Assembly (NCBI GenBank): GCA_963845755.1
Contig: CAWJTV010000017.1
Coordinates: 9,889 to 73,888, forward strand
Source: an uncultured Planctomycetota bacterium
Lineage (GTDB): Bacteria > Planctomycetota > Planctomycetia > Isosphaerales > Isosphaeraceae
Direction: 5' to 3'
Length of the DNA stretch: 64,000 nt
Of this stretch, positions 19,334 through 30,641 are shown in pieces. Numbering within the stretch: position 1 is the first letter of the stretch; each line of letters opens with the position of its first letter. The translations under genes and the position numbers were made by a program. The notes under the pieces were generated by a model, which searched no databases, was not told the DNA's origin, and was given only the letters and a program-made list of their open reading frames with translations.

Positions 19334-22300
19334 ATGAGCGATTCCACCTCCGACCGTGACCCGATCGAGATGCTGGCCGACTCCTTCCTGGCGCGGTTCC
19401 GCCGCGGCGAGCGGCCCAGCGTCGAGGACTATGCCGCCCAGCATCCCGAGCTGGCCGACGAGATCCGCGAGCTGCTGCCGGCGTTGGTGATGCTGGAGCA
19501 GGACAAGCCCGCCGCCGGGCCGGCTGCCGACACCATCGGCAGCCCGGATGCCACGGCCTCGGGTCCGGCCCCGCACCAGCTCGGCGACTACCAGATCCTT
19601 CGCGAGATCGGCCGGGGCGGCATGGGGGTGGTCTACGAGTCGGTGCAGCAATCGCTGGGCCGCCACGTGGCGCTGAAGGTGCTGCTGAACCAGGTGCTGT
19701 CCGGCTCATCGCAGTTGGAGCGGTTCCGGCTGGAGGCCCGCGCCGCGGCCCGGCTGCATCACACCAACATCGTGCCGGTCTTCGGCGTGGGCGAGTGCGA
19801 GGGGGTGCACTACTACGCCATGCAGTTCATCGAGGGCCAGGCCCTGGATGTCGTCATCGACGCCTTGCGGAAGCTCCGCGACGGAGGACCCGCCATCGGC
19901 GCCGGCAGCGAGACTCCGGGAACAGCCGGCGGTGACGATCAGCCCCTGACTGCCGTCCTGAGCCGGGCTCTCTTGACAGGCCGATTCGCCGCGGCGCAGC
20001 CGGGGCCCGAGCCGACTGCCGCGACGGACGAGTCATTCAGTTCGCCACCGTCGCAAGGTCCGCCGGGTCCGGCATCACCGGACCGTGCGAACGGTCCACC
20101 CCCGACCGATGCCGCCAGCTCCTCCGAACTGTCCTCCGGTCAGGCCGGCGCGCCGTACTTCCGCAGCGTCGCCCGCGTCGGGGTCCAGGTGGCTGAGGCG
20201 CTGGCCCACGCCCACGGCCAGGGGATTCTCCACCGCGACATCAAGCCCTCCAACCTGCTGCTGGACGGCAAGGGGACCGTGTGGGTCACCGACTTCGGGC
20301 TGGCCAAGGCCGAGGGGAGCGACGGCCTGACGCGGACCGGCGATATCGTCGGCACGCTGCGGTACATGGCGCCGGAGCGGTTCGACGGCTGGTCCGACCC
20401 GCGGAGCGACGTCTACTCCCTGGGGGCGACGCTTTATGAGCTGATGACGCTGCGCCCGCCGTTCCGAGAACCTGACCGGGTGAAACTGATCGAGCAGGTG
20501 ATCCATGAAGAGCCGACGCCACCTCACAAATTCGACCGGCGCATCCCGCGCGACCTGGAGACGATCGTGCTCAAGGCACTGGCCAAGGAACCCGGCCAGC
20601 GGTACACGACCGCCGAGCAGATGGCCGAGGACCTGCGGCGGTTCGCGGCCGACCGGCCGATCCTGGCGCGGCGGATCGGCCCGGCGGAGCGGACCTGGCG
20701 CTGGTGCAAGCGCAACCCGATGCTGGCGGGCGCGGCCGGCGCCGTGGCGGCGTCACTGGTCGCCATGGCGTTGATCTCGGTGATCTATGCCACCGAGCAA
20801 GCGAGGGCAGCCGACGAAATCCGCGGCTTGGCGGCTGACCTGGGCAAGGAGCGCGAGAGCCTCAGGAAGTCACTCGGTGAATCGAATCGACTCCTGGCGA
20901 TCCGCAATTTCGACCGCGGCCAGGCCGCGTTCGAGAAGGGCGAGATCGCCCTGGGTATGCACTGGATGATCGAGAGCTGGCGGTCGTCCGTCAACGCCGG
21001 GGATCCCGCCTGGCAGCACGCCGCGCGGGCCAACCTGGCCGCCTGGCGCGCGCACTACCCCCGGCTCAAAGGGGTCTTATCGCACACGATGCCCGTTCAC
21101 AGTGCGGCATTCGGCCCCGATAGCCGCACGGTGATCTCCGGCGGCATTGACGGAACGGCACAGCTCTGGGATTCCGCCAACTTCAAGAGGATCGGCTCGC
21201 CATTGCAACAAGGAGGCGAGTGGATTCGAGTGGGATTCAGCGCGGATGGCAAGACCGCGTTTACCTTCTCGGAGGGTAAGCCGACACGGCTCTGGGATGC
21301 GACCACCGGCGAACCGCTCGGCCACCCTCTGCGCCTGCCGCCTGAAGTCCACATCTTGACCGTTGCGATCCAGCCTGAGAGGAAGATCGTGCTGGCGGGG
21401 GTTGAGGGCACCGCGGACGGAATAGTGCGGTTCTGGGACGCGGCCACGTGCAAGCCCATAGATCCGCCCCTTACCCATCACGGCCATGTCTATCCTCCCG
21501 TGTTCAGTCCCGACAGCCGGATCATCCTCACTCCGAGTGTAGACGGCACGGCATGGCTCTGGGACGTGGCCACGTGCCAGCCCATCGGTCTTCCCCTGAA
21601 GCATCAAGGCGGTTTCTGGAGCGCGGCGTTCAGTCTCGATGGCAAGACCATCCTGACCGGAAGTCGCGACGGCACGGCGCAGCTCTGGGACGCGGCCACG
21701 AGTCAGCCCCTGGGACCGGCCCTGCGGCACGACAGTGAGGTGAGGAGCGTCGCGTTCAGCCCCGATGGCAAGACCATTCTCACAGGTTGTCAGGACAAGG
21801 ACGCGCGGCTCTGGGACGTCGCTACGGGCCAGTTGATCGGGCTCCTGGGGCATCAAGGGGGGATCACCGCCGTGGCGTTCAGCCCCGACGGCAGGTCCAT
21901 CCTGACCGGCAGTCTCGACGGTACCGTGCGGCTCTGGGATGCTAGCCCGCGACCACCGGTCGGGCCGGTCCGGGAGATCCCCACCATGGATTCCCTCCAT
22001 AGCGTGAGCCCCGACGGCAAGGTCCTCCTCACCCTCCCGCGATGGGCTAACCCGCGATACACCCAACTCTGGAACGCGACCACCGGCCGGCCCATCGGCG
22101 CGCGTCTTCCGCAACCCGGCGTGCACTGTGACGAGGCGTTCAGCCCCGACGGCAAGGTTGTCTTGACGATCGATGCGAACGCGGAGGCCCGGCTCTGGGA
22201 CGCGACCACGGGAGTAGCCCTCGGGGCAGCGGTTCGGCTGCCCAGCCCGGTTTTGCCCGAGGGGGCTTCTAGCCGTCTCGGTCCCGACGGCAAGACCGTC

Positions 22301-23758
22301 TTGTTCATGGATAAGGATCTGACGATCTGGATCTGCGATGGGGCCACGGGCACAGTTCGCGGCCACACTCCGGTCCTGGGCGCACGCCCCTACGGCTTGG
22401 AGTTCAGTCCTGACGGCAAGACCTTCTTCACCGGGCTCGCCAACGGCGAGGCTCGGTTGTGGAATGTGGCAACAGGCACGCCGCTTGGAGACCCCATTCG
22501 GAATACCGCCGGCGCCATTATCGCGGGGAAGTTCAGTCCCGACGGCAAATCACTCCTCCTCGCCTGCGAGGACGGCAGCGTCAGGCTCTGGGACCTCGCG
22601 AACCGGAAACAACTCATCTCGCCGCTGCGCCATCCAGGCCCTGTCTCTGGCCTGGAGTTCAGCCCCGACGGCAAGATTCTCGCCACCGCGGCTTCCAGGC
22701 AGAGCAGGGACAAAACCAGGCGACTGTGGGATGTCGCCACCGGCCAACCCATTGGCCCGGTCCGGGCTTCGCTGATCCCTAGCGAGGAAGGCGTATCCGC
22801 GCCGGACTTGCCAGACGAGCTAGAGCGTGTCGCCGCCTGGGTGGAGGTGATCACGGGCCTTACACTCGACAAACAGGAAGGACAAGTCTGGGTCCTTGAC
22901 AACGCGGCCTGGCTCGGGCGCCGCGATCGGCTTACGCGGTTGGGAGGTCCACCCGAGACCGGGCCCGAACAACGGCTCGATCCGATCACCTTGGGTCCTG
23001 ATCCCACGGCCCGCGCCAAGAGCTTCATGGAGCGGAAGCAGTGGGACGCGGCCGAGGCCGCTTTCGACGAAGCCGCGCGTGCGCGGCCGTTTAACCTATC
23101 GATTGTCGGAGAGTGGGGTGATCTGTACGTCCGTCGTGGTCTCTGGAAGGAGGCCGCTGCCTACTATGCCAGAGCCGTCAACCAGTATCCCGACGTCGCG
23201 TTGCTGCACTATCAACTGGCGATCGCGCGACTGATCGCGGGAGACCTCCCCGGCTACGGCTCCGCCTGCACCGACATGTTCGAGCGGTTCAACGCGGACG
23301 ATGACCCTCTGGCTGCCAATCGCCTGGCCTACGCTGGCGTCTACGCCTCGAACGCCCTGACAAACATGCCCGCTTTTATCCGGGTCTGCGAGCGATCCGT
23401 GCCGGCACTGGCCGGCGGCGAGCGAGTCGTGGGCGCCGCCCTTTATCGCGCCGGACGCTATGACCAAGCCCTGGAGCGTTTCCAACAGTCGCACAAGGTC
23501 ATCCAACCTCGCGCCTGGGACTGGCTGTTCCTGGCGATGATCCACAGCCGGCTGGGTCACCCGAGCGAAGCCGGCGAGTTCCTACGGCGGGCCAATCAGT
23601 GGATCGCCGAGGCGGATAAGGCGCCGTCAACAACGGAAAAGACGGGCCCGAGTTGGATGAACCTGATCGAGAGACCCACGATCCTGATCCTCCGCCGCGA
23701 GGCCGAGGCGGTCCTCCGATTCGATCCGGTCTTCCCGGCCGATCCGTTCGTCCATTGA
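19334..23758 (+). CDS. Ser/Thr protein kinase with WD40 repeats and C-terminal TPRs
   Basis: IGRGGMGVVY, VALK, HRDIKPSN, DFGLA, GTLRYMAPE; one TM segment; many FSPDG...LWD repeats. Confidence 0.95.
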   Translation: MSDSTSDRDPIEMLADSFLARFRRGERPSVEDYAAQHPELADEIRELLPALVMLEQDKPAAGPAADTIGSPDATASGPAPHQLGDYQILREIGRGGMGVVYESVQQSLGRHVALKVLLNQVLSGSSQLERFRLEARAAARLHHTNIVPVFGVGECEGVHYYAMQFIEGQALDVVIDALRKLRDGGPAIGAGSETPGTAGGDDQPLTAVLSRALLTGRFAAAQPGPEPTAATDESFSSPPSQGPPGPASPDRANGPPPTDAASSSELSSGQAGAPYFRSVARVGVQVAEALAHAHGQGILHRDIKPSNLLLDGKGTVWVTDFGLAKAEGSDGLTRTGDIVGTLRYMAPERFDGWSDPRSDVYSLGATLYELMTLRPPFREPDRVKLIEQVIHEEPTPPHKFDRRIPRDLETIVLKALAKEPGQRYTTAEQMAEDLRRFAADRPILARRIGPAERTWRWCKRNPMLAGAAGAVAASLVAMALISVIYATEQARAADEIRGLAADLGKERESLRKSLGESNRLLAIRNFDRGQAAFEKGEIALGMHWMIESWRSSVNAGDPAWQHAARANLAAWRAHYPRLKGVLSHTMPVHSAAFGPDSRTVISGGIDGTAQLWDSANFKRIGSPLQQGGEWIRVGFSADGKTAFTFSEGKPTRLWDATTGEPLGHPLRLPPEVHILTVAIQPERKIVLAGVEGTADGIVRFWDAATCKPIDPPLTHHGHVYPPVFSPDSRIILTPSVDGTAWLWDVATCQPIGLPLKHQGGFWSAAFSLDGKTILTGSRDGTAQLWDAATSQPLGPALRHDSEVRSVAFSPDGKTILTGCQDKDARLWDVATGQLIGLLGHQGGITAVAFSPDGRSILTGSLDGTVRLWDASPRPPVGPVREIPTMDSLHSVSPDGKVLLTLPRWANPRYTQLWNATTGRPIGARLPQPGVHCDEAFSPDGKVVLTIDANAEARLWDATTGVALGAAVRLPSPVLPEGASSRLGPDGKTVLFMDKDLTIWICDGATGTVRGHTPVLGARPYGLEFSPDGKTFFTGLANGEARLWNVATGTPLGDPIRNTAGAIIAGKFSPDGKSLLLACEDGSVRLWDLANRKQLISPLRHPGPVSGLEFSPDGKILATAASRQSRDKTRRLWDVATGQPIGPVRASLIPSEEGVSAPDLPDELERVAAWVEVITGLTLDKQEGQVWVLDNAAWLGRRDRLTRLGGPPETGPEQRLDPITLGPDPTARAKSFMERKQWDAAEAAFDEAARARPFNLSIVGEWGDLYVRRGLWKEAAAYYARAVNQYPDVALLHYQLAIARLIAGDLPGYGSACTDMFERFNADDDPLAANRLAYAGVYASNALTNMPAFIRVCERSVPALAGGERVVGAALYRAGRYDQALERFQQSHKVIQPRAWDWLFLAMIHSRLGHPSEAGEFLRRANQWIAEADKAPSTTEKTGPSWMNLIERPTILILRREAEAVLRFDPVFPADPFVH

Positions 23759-23794
23759 GGCCGGCCGAAGGCGGTAATTCGATCTGACAGATGT

Positions 23795-23897
23795 CACGCG
23801 CTGGGAGGGTCACGCGCTGAACGGGATAGCGCGCTGAAAAGGGTCAGCGCGCTGGAGGGGTCAGGAACCGAAATCTCATTTCGGTTCCAGAGCCTTT
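23795..23897. repeat. Four ~17-bp CGCGCTG...GGG tandem units followed by a GGAACCGAAAT/ATTTCGGTTCC hairpin
   Basis: Directly visible between the kinase and adhesin genes. Confidence 0.6.
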
Positions 23898-24043
23898 CCG
23901 GTCCCAGATTTTATGAAAATAATTATAATATTAATGAGTGATAATTTTGACCAATTGCTCCACGGCCGGGAATCGAAGTATGCCACGAGGGCGTCCGTGA
24001 CGATGTGACCGAGTTCCTTGATCACCAGGGGAGCCAGAGCACC

Positions 24044-27000
24044 ATGAATCGCAATGCAGCGAGGGGTCTTCGAAAGGGGGGGGCGAGGACCGCCGCGGGC
24101 CGCCGCCGCCTCACGCCGACGTTGATGACGCTGGAGGACCGCCGCTTGCTGTCGGCGATCGTCGTGAACAATCCCACCGACTCGCCCGTCCTGGGCCAGA
24201 CGGATCTCCGCCAGGCCATCATCCAGGCGAATACAAACGGGGGCGATCAGACGATCGTCTTTGACATGACGGTGTTCCAGACCCCGCAGACGATCGCCCT
24301 GACGGGCGGCCAGCTCGAGCTGTCCGACATGACCGGGACGGAGACGATCAACGGCCCGCAAGCGGGAGTGACGATCAGCGCAGGTGGGGCCAGCCGGGTG
24401 TTCCAGGTGGATGGCGGAGTGACGGCCGACTTCACCGGCCTGACCATCACGGGGGGCTCGACCGGCAGCGGCGGCGGCGGCGTGCTCGTCAACGGGGGCA
24501 CGGCGACCCTGACCGACTGCACGATCACCGGCAATTCCTCCGGGGTCGGCAGCCAATTCGGCGGCTACGGCGCCGGTGTGTGCAACCAGGGCGGCAACGT
24601 CACGCTGACCGGCTGCACGATCAGCGGCAACAGCGCCGAAAACAGCCTCGCCGGCGGCGGCGGCGGTTTGGCCACGCTGACCAACGGCACGACGACGCTG
24701 ACCGATTGCACCGTCAGCGATAATTCGTGCGTTGCGTTCAGTGCCGAAGGCGGGGGCGTCCTCGAAACCGGCGCGAACTCGTTGACCACGCTGATCGACT
24801 GCACGATCAGCGGCAACTCAGGCGGCGGGGGAACCGGCGGCGTGGGTGCCTACAACGGCGGCACGGTCGTCCTGACCGGCTGCACCGTCAGCGGCAACTC
24901 CACCGGCTTCTTCGGCGGAGGCTTGTCCATTCTTGGTGCCACCGCGGTGCTCACCAATTGCACGGTGAGCGACAATACCGCCGGGGCGGACGGCGGCGGC
25001 GTGTGCAACCTTGGCGGTTCGTTGAGCCTGACCAACTGTACGATCAGCAAAAACACCGGTTTAGACGGCAGCGGGATTTTCGCCAACTCCAGGACGCTCA
25101 ACATATTGAACAACACGATCGTCGCCGGCAACACCCAGTCCGACTTCACCGAGATCGGCGGGAGCCCCAACGGGTCGAACAACCTGATCGGCGGGGACCC
25201 CGTGCTCGCCCCGCTGGCATCCTACGGCGGGCCGACCCAGACCATGCCCGAACTCCCCGGCAGCCCGGCCCTCGGCGCCGGTAGCGTCGCCCTGGCCGTC
25301 GATCCCCAGGGGAATCCGCTGACCACCGATCAGCGCGGCCTGCCTCGGCTCACCAACGGATCCGTCAACATCGGTGCCTTCCAGAGCGCGGGCTTCACCT
25401 TCACGGTTGTTCCCGGGGGCAGCCCGCAAACCGCGAAGATCGGTACGGCATTCGCCAACCCGCTGGCCGTGACCGTCACGGCGAAGAACCCGATCGAGCC
25501 GGTCAATGGTGGCCGCATCACCTTCGTCGCCCATCCCGCGCCCAATGGAGCCGCGGCGATCTCCGTGGTCCCCTTTGCGGTCGTCACCAACGGCACGGCC
25601 GCCCTCGTCGCCGCGCCCAACAACATCACCGGCCGCTACACCCTCGTCGGGTCCGCCCCGGGCTTTTCCGCCTCGTTCCACCTGACCAACGTCGGCACGC
25701 CCTTCGCGGCCCTGGTCGTGAATTCGACCAGCGATTCCATCGCCCCGGGCCCAGGCCTCCTGAGCCTGCGTGAGGCGATCGGCTTCGCCGACACCGCTCC
25801 CTTGGGGAACTCGATCATCAGCTTTGACAAGAAGGTGTTCAAGACGCCTCAGGTGATCACCCTGACCGGAACCCAGTTCGAGCTGAGCAACACGACCGGG
25901 ACCGAGACGATCGTGGGCCCGAAGGCGGGAGTGACGATCAGCGGCGGCGGGGCCAGCCGGGTGTTCCAGGTGGACGGCGGGGTGACGGCCAACATCAGCG
26001 GCCTGACCATCACGGGGGGCTCGATCGCCGGGGATGGCGGCGGCGTGTACAATGACGGGGGCTCGGTCACGTTGATCGATTGCACGGTGAGCGGCAATTC
26101 AGCCTCCGTGGAAGGCGGCGGCATCGACCAGACCTCCGGTTCGCTGACACTGACCGACTGCACGATCAGCGGCAATACCGTTTCTTACCTCGGCGGCGGC
26201 ATATACACGTACAGTGGCACGGCCACGCTGACCAACTGCACGATTAGCGGCAATACCGCCTTCGAGTTCGGCGGCGGCGTGTCCCTGTACGGCACGAACA
26301 CACTGACCGACTGCACCATCAGCGACAATACCGCCTCCGGGTTCGGCGGCGGCGGCGTGTCCCTGTACGGCACGAACACACTGACCGACTGCAAGATCAG
26401 CGGCAACTCCACCTCGGGATACGACGGAGGTTTGGCAGTGCTTGGCACGACCACGCTGACCGGCTGCACCATCAGCGGTAATACCGCCTCGGGCATCGGC
26501 GGCCTGGAAAACGCCGGCACGGCCACACTGACCAACTGCATCATCAGCGACAACTCCACCACTTCGCCTTACGTTGGCGGCGGCGGAGTGGCCATCTACG
26601 GCCCGACCACGCTGAATGGCTGCACCATCAGTGGCAACTCGGCCCGGGCCAACGCCGGCGGGTTGTTCAACGCGTACTCCGGTCCGGTCACGCTGACCAA
26701 CTGCACGATCAGCGGCAACTCCGCCGGCGGCAACGGTGGCGGCCTCGACAACTCCTACGGCGGTTCGGCGACGCTGACCAACTGCACGATCCGAGGCAAC
26801 TCGGCCGGCGGCAACGGTGGCGGCCTGGTCAATTCCTACGGCTGTTCGGCCACTCTGACTAACTGCACGATCCGAGGCAACTCGGCCGTCGCCGGCGGCG
26901 GCATTTTCAACCAGGGCACACTGCAAGTCACCTCCAGCACCATCAACAACAACCAGGCGACGTCCGAGGGTGGTGGCATCGCCACGACATCCGGCAGCGT

Positions 27001-27340
27001 GACGATCACCGATTCCGATGTCAACAAGAACCAGGTCGCATCGTCCGGTACCGGCTCCGGCGGGGGGATCTTCAGCGCGAACAGCCTCGTGTCACTGACG
27101 GGCGACACGATCAAAGCCAACCAGGCGATCGGGGCCAATGCCTACGGCGGTGGCCTCTATGCGCTGGACAGCACGGTGAACATTCAGGGTTGCACGGTCA
27201 GCGGCAACGACGCGAATGGCACGGTGCTGGGCGAGGGCGGCGGCATCTTCAGTGAGGGGAGCATCCTGACTCTCACGTCCAGCAAGGTGAAAGGCAACAA
27301 GGCCTCCACCGCCGGTGACGATCTCTTCATCCAGCCGTAG
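24044..27340 (+). CDS. Large extracellular right-handed beta-helix repeat protein (adhesin-like)
   Basis: Planctomycete LEDRRLLS motif; many LTxCTISGNxA..GGG repeats; LASYGGPTQT..DQRG (choice-of-anchor Q-like); SLREAI. Confidence 0.9.
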   Translation: MNRNAARGLRKGGARTAAGRRRLTPTLMTLEDRRLLSAIVVNNPTDSPVLGQTDLRQAIIQANTNGGDQTIVFDMTVFQTPQTIALTGGQLELSDMTGTETINGPQAGVTISAGGASRVFQVDGGVTADFTGLTITGGSTGSGGGGVLVNGGTATLTDCTITGNSSGVGSQFGGYGAGVCNQGGNVTLTGCTISGNSAENSLAGGGGGLATLTNGTTTLTDCTVSDNSCVAFSAEGGGVLETGANSLTTLIDCTISGNSGGGGTGGVGAYNGGTVVLTGCTVSGNSTGFFGGGLSILGATAVLTNCTVSDNTAGADGGGVCNLGGSLSLTNCTISKNTGLDGSGIFANSRTLNILNNTIVAGNTQSDFTEIGGSPNGSNNLIGGDPVLAPLASYGGPTQTMPELPGSPALGAGSVALAVDPQGNPLTTDQRGLPRLTNGSVNIGAFQSAGFTFTVVPGGSPQTAKIGTAFANPLAVTVTAKNPIEPVNGGRITFVAHPAPNGAAAISVVPFAVVTNGTAALVAAPNNITGRYTLVGSAPGFSASFHLTNVGTPFAALVVNSTSDSIAPGPGLLSLREAIGFADTAPLGNSIISFDKKVFKTPQVITLTGTQFELSNTTGTETIVGPKAGVTISGGGASRVFQVDGGVTANISGLTITGGSIAGDGGGVYNDGGSVTLIDCTVSGNSASVEGGGIDQTSGSLTLTDCTISGNTVSYLGGGIYTYSGTATLTNCTISGNTAFEFGGGVSLYGTNTLTDCTISDNTASGFGGGGVSLYGTNTLTDCKISGNSTSGYDGGLAVLGTTTLTGCTISGNTASGIGGLENAGTATLTNCIISDNSTTSPYVGGGGVAIYGPTTLNGCTISGNSARANAGGLFNAYSGPVTLTNCTISGNSAGGNGGGLDNSYGGSATLTNCTIRGNSAGGNGGGLVNSYGCSATLTNCTIRGNSAVAGGGIFNQGTLQVTSSTINNNQATSEGGGIATTSGSVTITDSDVNKNQVASSGTGSGGGIFSANSLVSLTGDTIKANQAIGANAYGGGLYALDSTVNIQGCTVSGNDANGTVLGEGGGIFSEGSILTLTSSKVKGNKASTAGDDLFIQP

Positions 27341-27600
27341 GATCGGCACGGCCTGAGCCAGTGCCGGGTCCTCCAGGTCGGGCCGGGAATCGCCTGACGA
27401 CATCCCGCTCGCGAACCTCGTCACTGGAGCTTCCTCATGAGTTGATCTCCTTCGGTCCAGAGCGCGCTGCAGGCTTTCCTCTCGTCTTCCGGCGGCGCGT
27501 TCAGGACCATCCCGTCATGCCGGGAGGTCAAAATTGTGGATCGATCCCATTCCTGATACAATCGTGTAGTCCTGGAACACGATCCTGGCGAGTGGTTCCC

Positions 27601-28693
27601 ATGCTGGTGAACGAGGTACGAGCCCACCGGATCCGTCGAGGCTGGTCGCAGGAAGAGCTGGCGAAGCGGTCGGGGCTCTCGCGGGCGGGGATCAGCGCGA
27701 TCGAGACGGGCCGACTGGTGCCTTCGACGGCGGCGGCTCTGGGGCTCGCCTCGGCGCTGGGATGCACTGTCGAGGCGCTTTTTCGGCTTCCGGGGACGCC
27801 GCCGGTGGACGATCGTGAGGAGTGGGCGTGGGCTCCGCCTTCGACCGATTGGCGATACTGGCGGGCCGAGGTCTGTGGCCGGCGGTATCGCTTTCCGGTC
27901 GAGGTCTCGCCGCTCGGTCTACTCCCGCACGATGGGACGGCGCAGCGGAAAGCAGCGACGAGTCCTGTCGTGTTGATCCGTCGCGGACTCTCGTGCTGGC
28001 CTGCTGCGACCCGGCGGCAGGCTTGCTGGCCGCGGAGTTGGCCCGGCAGACGGAAGTCCGTTTGATCGTCCTGCGGCGCACCAGTCGGGCAGGACTTGAC
28101 CTGCTGGCGCGAGGGTTGGTGCATGCCGCGGGAGTCCACCTGCGCCGCACCGACCAGACGGATGGGAACGTGGGGCCGATCCGACAGCACCTCGGCGAAG
28201 AACCTGGCCGGCGCGAAGGTTATCAGGTCCTGCGCAGTCGCCGACTGGGACGAAGGGATCGCGCTGCGGCCGGGCCTGGGTCTGAGCACGATCAAAGATG
28301 TCGTGGCCGCCAAGTTGCGGCTGGGTCCTGAGACAGCCCGGGTCGGGTGCCGGTCAATGCCTCGACGAGCTCCTCGAGGGGTCGCGGGGGCCGAGCCGCC
28401 GATCGCCACGCGCCATGGACCATCGCGGCGTCGCCGAGGTCATTCGTGCCCAGAGCGCCGACGCCGGGATCTGCCTGCGGCTGGCCAGCGAGGAGGCGGG
28501 GCTCGGCTTCCTCAGCGTCCGGCACGAGGCGTATGAGATCTGCCTGCCGGATTCCGTACTCGCCGATGGCCGCGGCCGTGCCCTCCTTCAGGTGGTGCGT
28601 TCTTCCGCATATCGCCGGCTCCTCGCAGATCTGCCGGGATACGACGCGGCCAAGACCGGGGACCTGCGACCGGTGCACTCTCCGCACGGATGA
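27601..28693 (+). CDS. XRE-family HTH regulator with C-terminal PBP-like ligand-binding domain (about three frameshifts)
   Basis: [57 protein letters not shown] segments across frames. Confidence 0.82.
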
Positions 28694-28834
28694 CCGGCTA
28701 GCCGGTCGATCGGGCCGAATTCGGACGGCGGCATCCCCCCTTGACTTCGGCGCGTCGTGGTCTCACGATGATCTGGTTGTTCATGGACCGGGATGATTAT
28801 CCCGATGCAATCGACCCTGATGCTGGAGTACCCG

Positions 28835-29257
28835 ATGAGATCGTTGATTTGCGTGGCAAGCGTTCTCTGCTTCCTGGGCGTCGCTGGCTGGCTCTCTCAC
28901 ACCGCGGGCGCCACGAACCAGGATGATATACCCACGATCGAGAAGATCATGAAGACCTTGCACGGGAAGAAGGGGAATCTCAAGGCGGCCCAGGCGGAGG
29001 TGAAGCGGGAATCGCCCGACTGGGCCAAGGTCGAGAAGGAGGCCAAGGTCATCGTGAAATATGCTGGTTACCTGAGTAAGAATGATCCGCCGCGGGGCGA
29101 GAAGTCGTCGTTTGAGAAGCTCGCCAAGTCCTACGAATCGCACGCGAAAGCCCTCGAGAAGGCGGCCAAGAAGGAAGACCTCAAGGGCGCGCGGGAAGCA
29201 ACGAAGAAGCTTGGCGCTTCCTGCAAGGCCTGCCACACAGCGCACAAGGAACAATGA
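28835..29257 (+). CDS. Class II cytochrome c (c'-like)
   Basis: Signal peptide, Lys-rich helical body, C-terminal CKACH haem motif. Confidence 0.88.
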   Translation: MRSLICVASVLCFLGVAGWLSHTAGATNQDDIPTIEKIMKTLHGKKGNLKAAQAEVKRESPDWAKVEKEAKVIVKYAGYLSKNDPPRGEKSSFEKLAKSYESHAKALEKAAKKEDLKGAREATKKLGASCKACHTAHKEQ

Positions 29258-29425
29258 GGAAAAAGCTCCGGTCGCGGGTGCGTCGGACTTTGGAGTCCGA
29301 TGCACGACCGGTTCCCCCATTCTCCATGGCGAGGGTCGAGCCGACTCCCCTTGGCGAGACCCTCGGTGATTTCATCCACTGGCCCGGAATGACCCTTCAC
29401 TCCCCATCACGGCGCCGGACTGCCC

Positions 29426-30594
29426 ATGCAACTCCCGCTCATCTCTCACAAGACCGCGCGGTTCACGGAGAGCGTGATCCGGGGTATGTCGATCGAGGCC
29501 AATCGCCACGGCGCCGTGAACCTGGCGCAGGGCATGCCGGACTTTCCGGCCCCACCCGAGATCAAGGCGGCGGCATGTAGGGCAATCGAGGCCAACATTA
29601 ATCAGTACGCGATCACCTGGGGTGCGCGAGGACTGAGAGAGGCGGTCGCCGAGCACGCCGAATGGTACCTTGGTCTTCGAGTCGATCCCGAGACCGAGAT
29701 CACCGTCACTTGCGGATGCACCGAGGCGATGCTGGTGGCACTGCTTTCGCTGATCAATCCCGGCGATGAGGTGATCCTGACGCAGCCGTTCTACGAGAAC
29801 TACTGGCCCGATTGCGCACTGGCCGGTGCGACGCCGCGATTCGTCCCCCTCCGGCCGCCCCACTGGCGGTTCGACCCGGATGAGCTGGCCTCGGCATTCA
29901 ATGACAAGACCAAGGCGATCATCCTCTGCAACCCCAACAATCCGACCGGCACGGTATTCACCCGTGCCGACCTCGAGGCCGTCGCGGCGCTCTGTCTCAA
30001 ATGGGACGTGATCGCGATCACGGACGAGATCTACGAGCATATTATCTATGATGGTCGCAGACACGTCGCGATGGCCGGCCTGGAGGGCATGTGGGAACGA
30101 TCGGTGACGATGAGCGGGATGTCCAAGACCTATGCGGTAACCGGTTGGCGGGTCGGAACGATGCTGGCCCCTCCGAACCTGACTCACGCGTTCCGCCAGG
30201 TTCACGATTTCGTCTCGATCGGCGCGGCGGCGCCGTTGCAAGAAGCCGGCGCTGTCGCCTACCGGATGCCGAGGGAATACTACGCCAAGCTCGCCGGCGA
30301 TTACCAGGACCGCAGAGACCGGTTCTGCCGTGTGCTCGATGAGGTCGGCTTCGACCTCGAACCTCCGGCCGGTGCCTATTACATCATGGCCGGCACCGCG
30401 GCGTTCGGCGTCACCGACGACGTGGAGTTCGCACGGTACCTCGTCCGAGAAATCGGCGTCGCGACCGTGCCAGGATCGAGCTTCTTCCAGGACAAGACAC
30501 TGGGCCGTCCCTATGTCCGCTTCTGCTTTTGCAAGCGAGATGAGACACTCGACCTGGCTGCCCGCGGTTACGCAGGCTGCGCGTGCTCGCGTGA
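29426..30594 (+). CDS. PLP-dependent class I/II aminotransferase
   Basis: NLAQGMPDF, CNPNNPTG, TDEIYEH, SKTYAVTGWRVG, VRFCFCK; probable true stop at 30594 after a frameshift near 30562. Confidence 0.9.
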
Positions 30595-30641
30595 CGCAGC
30601 GCCCGAGAGATCGTTGGTTTTGGCCAAGAGCCGGGTTAGGC

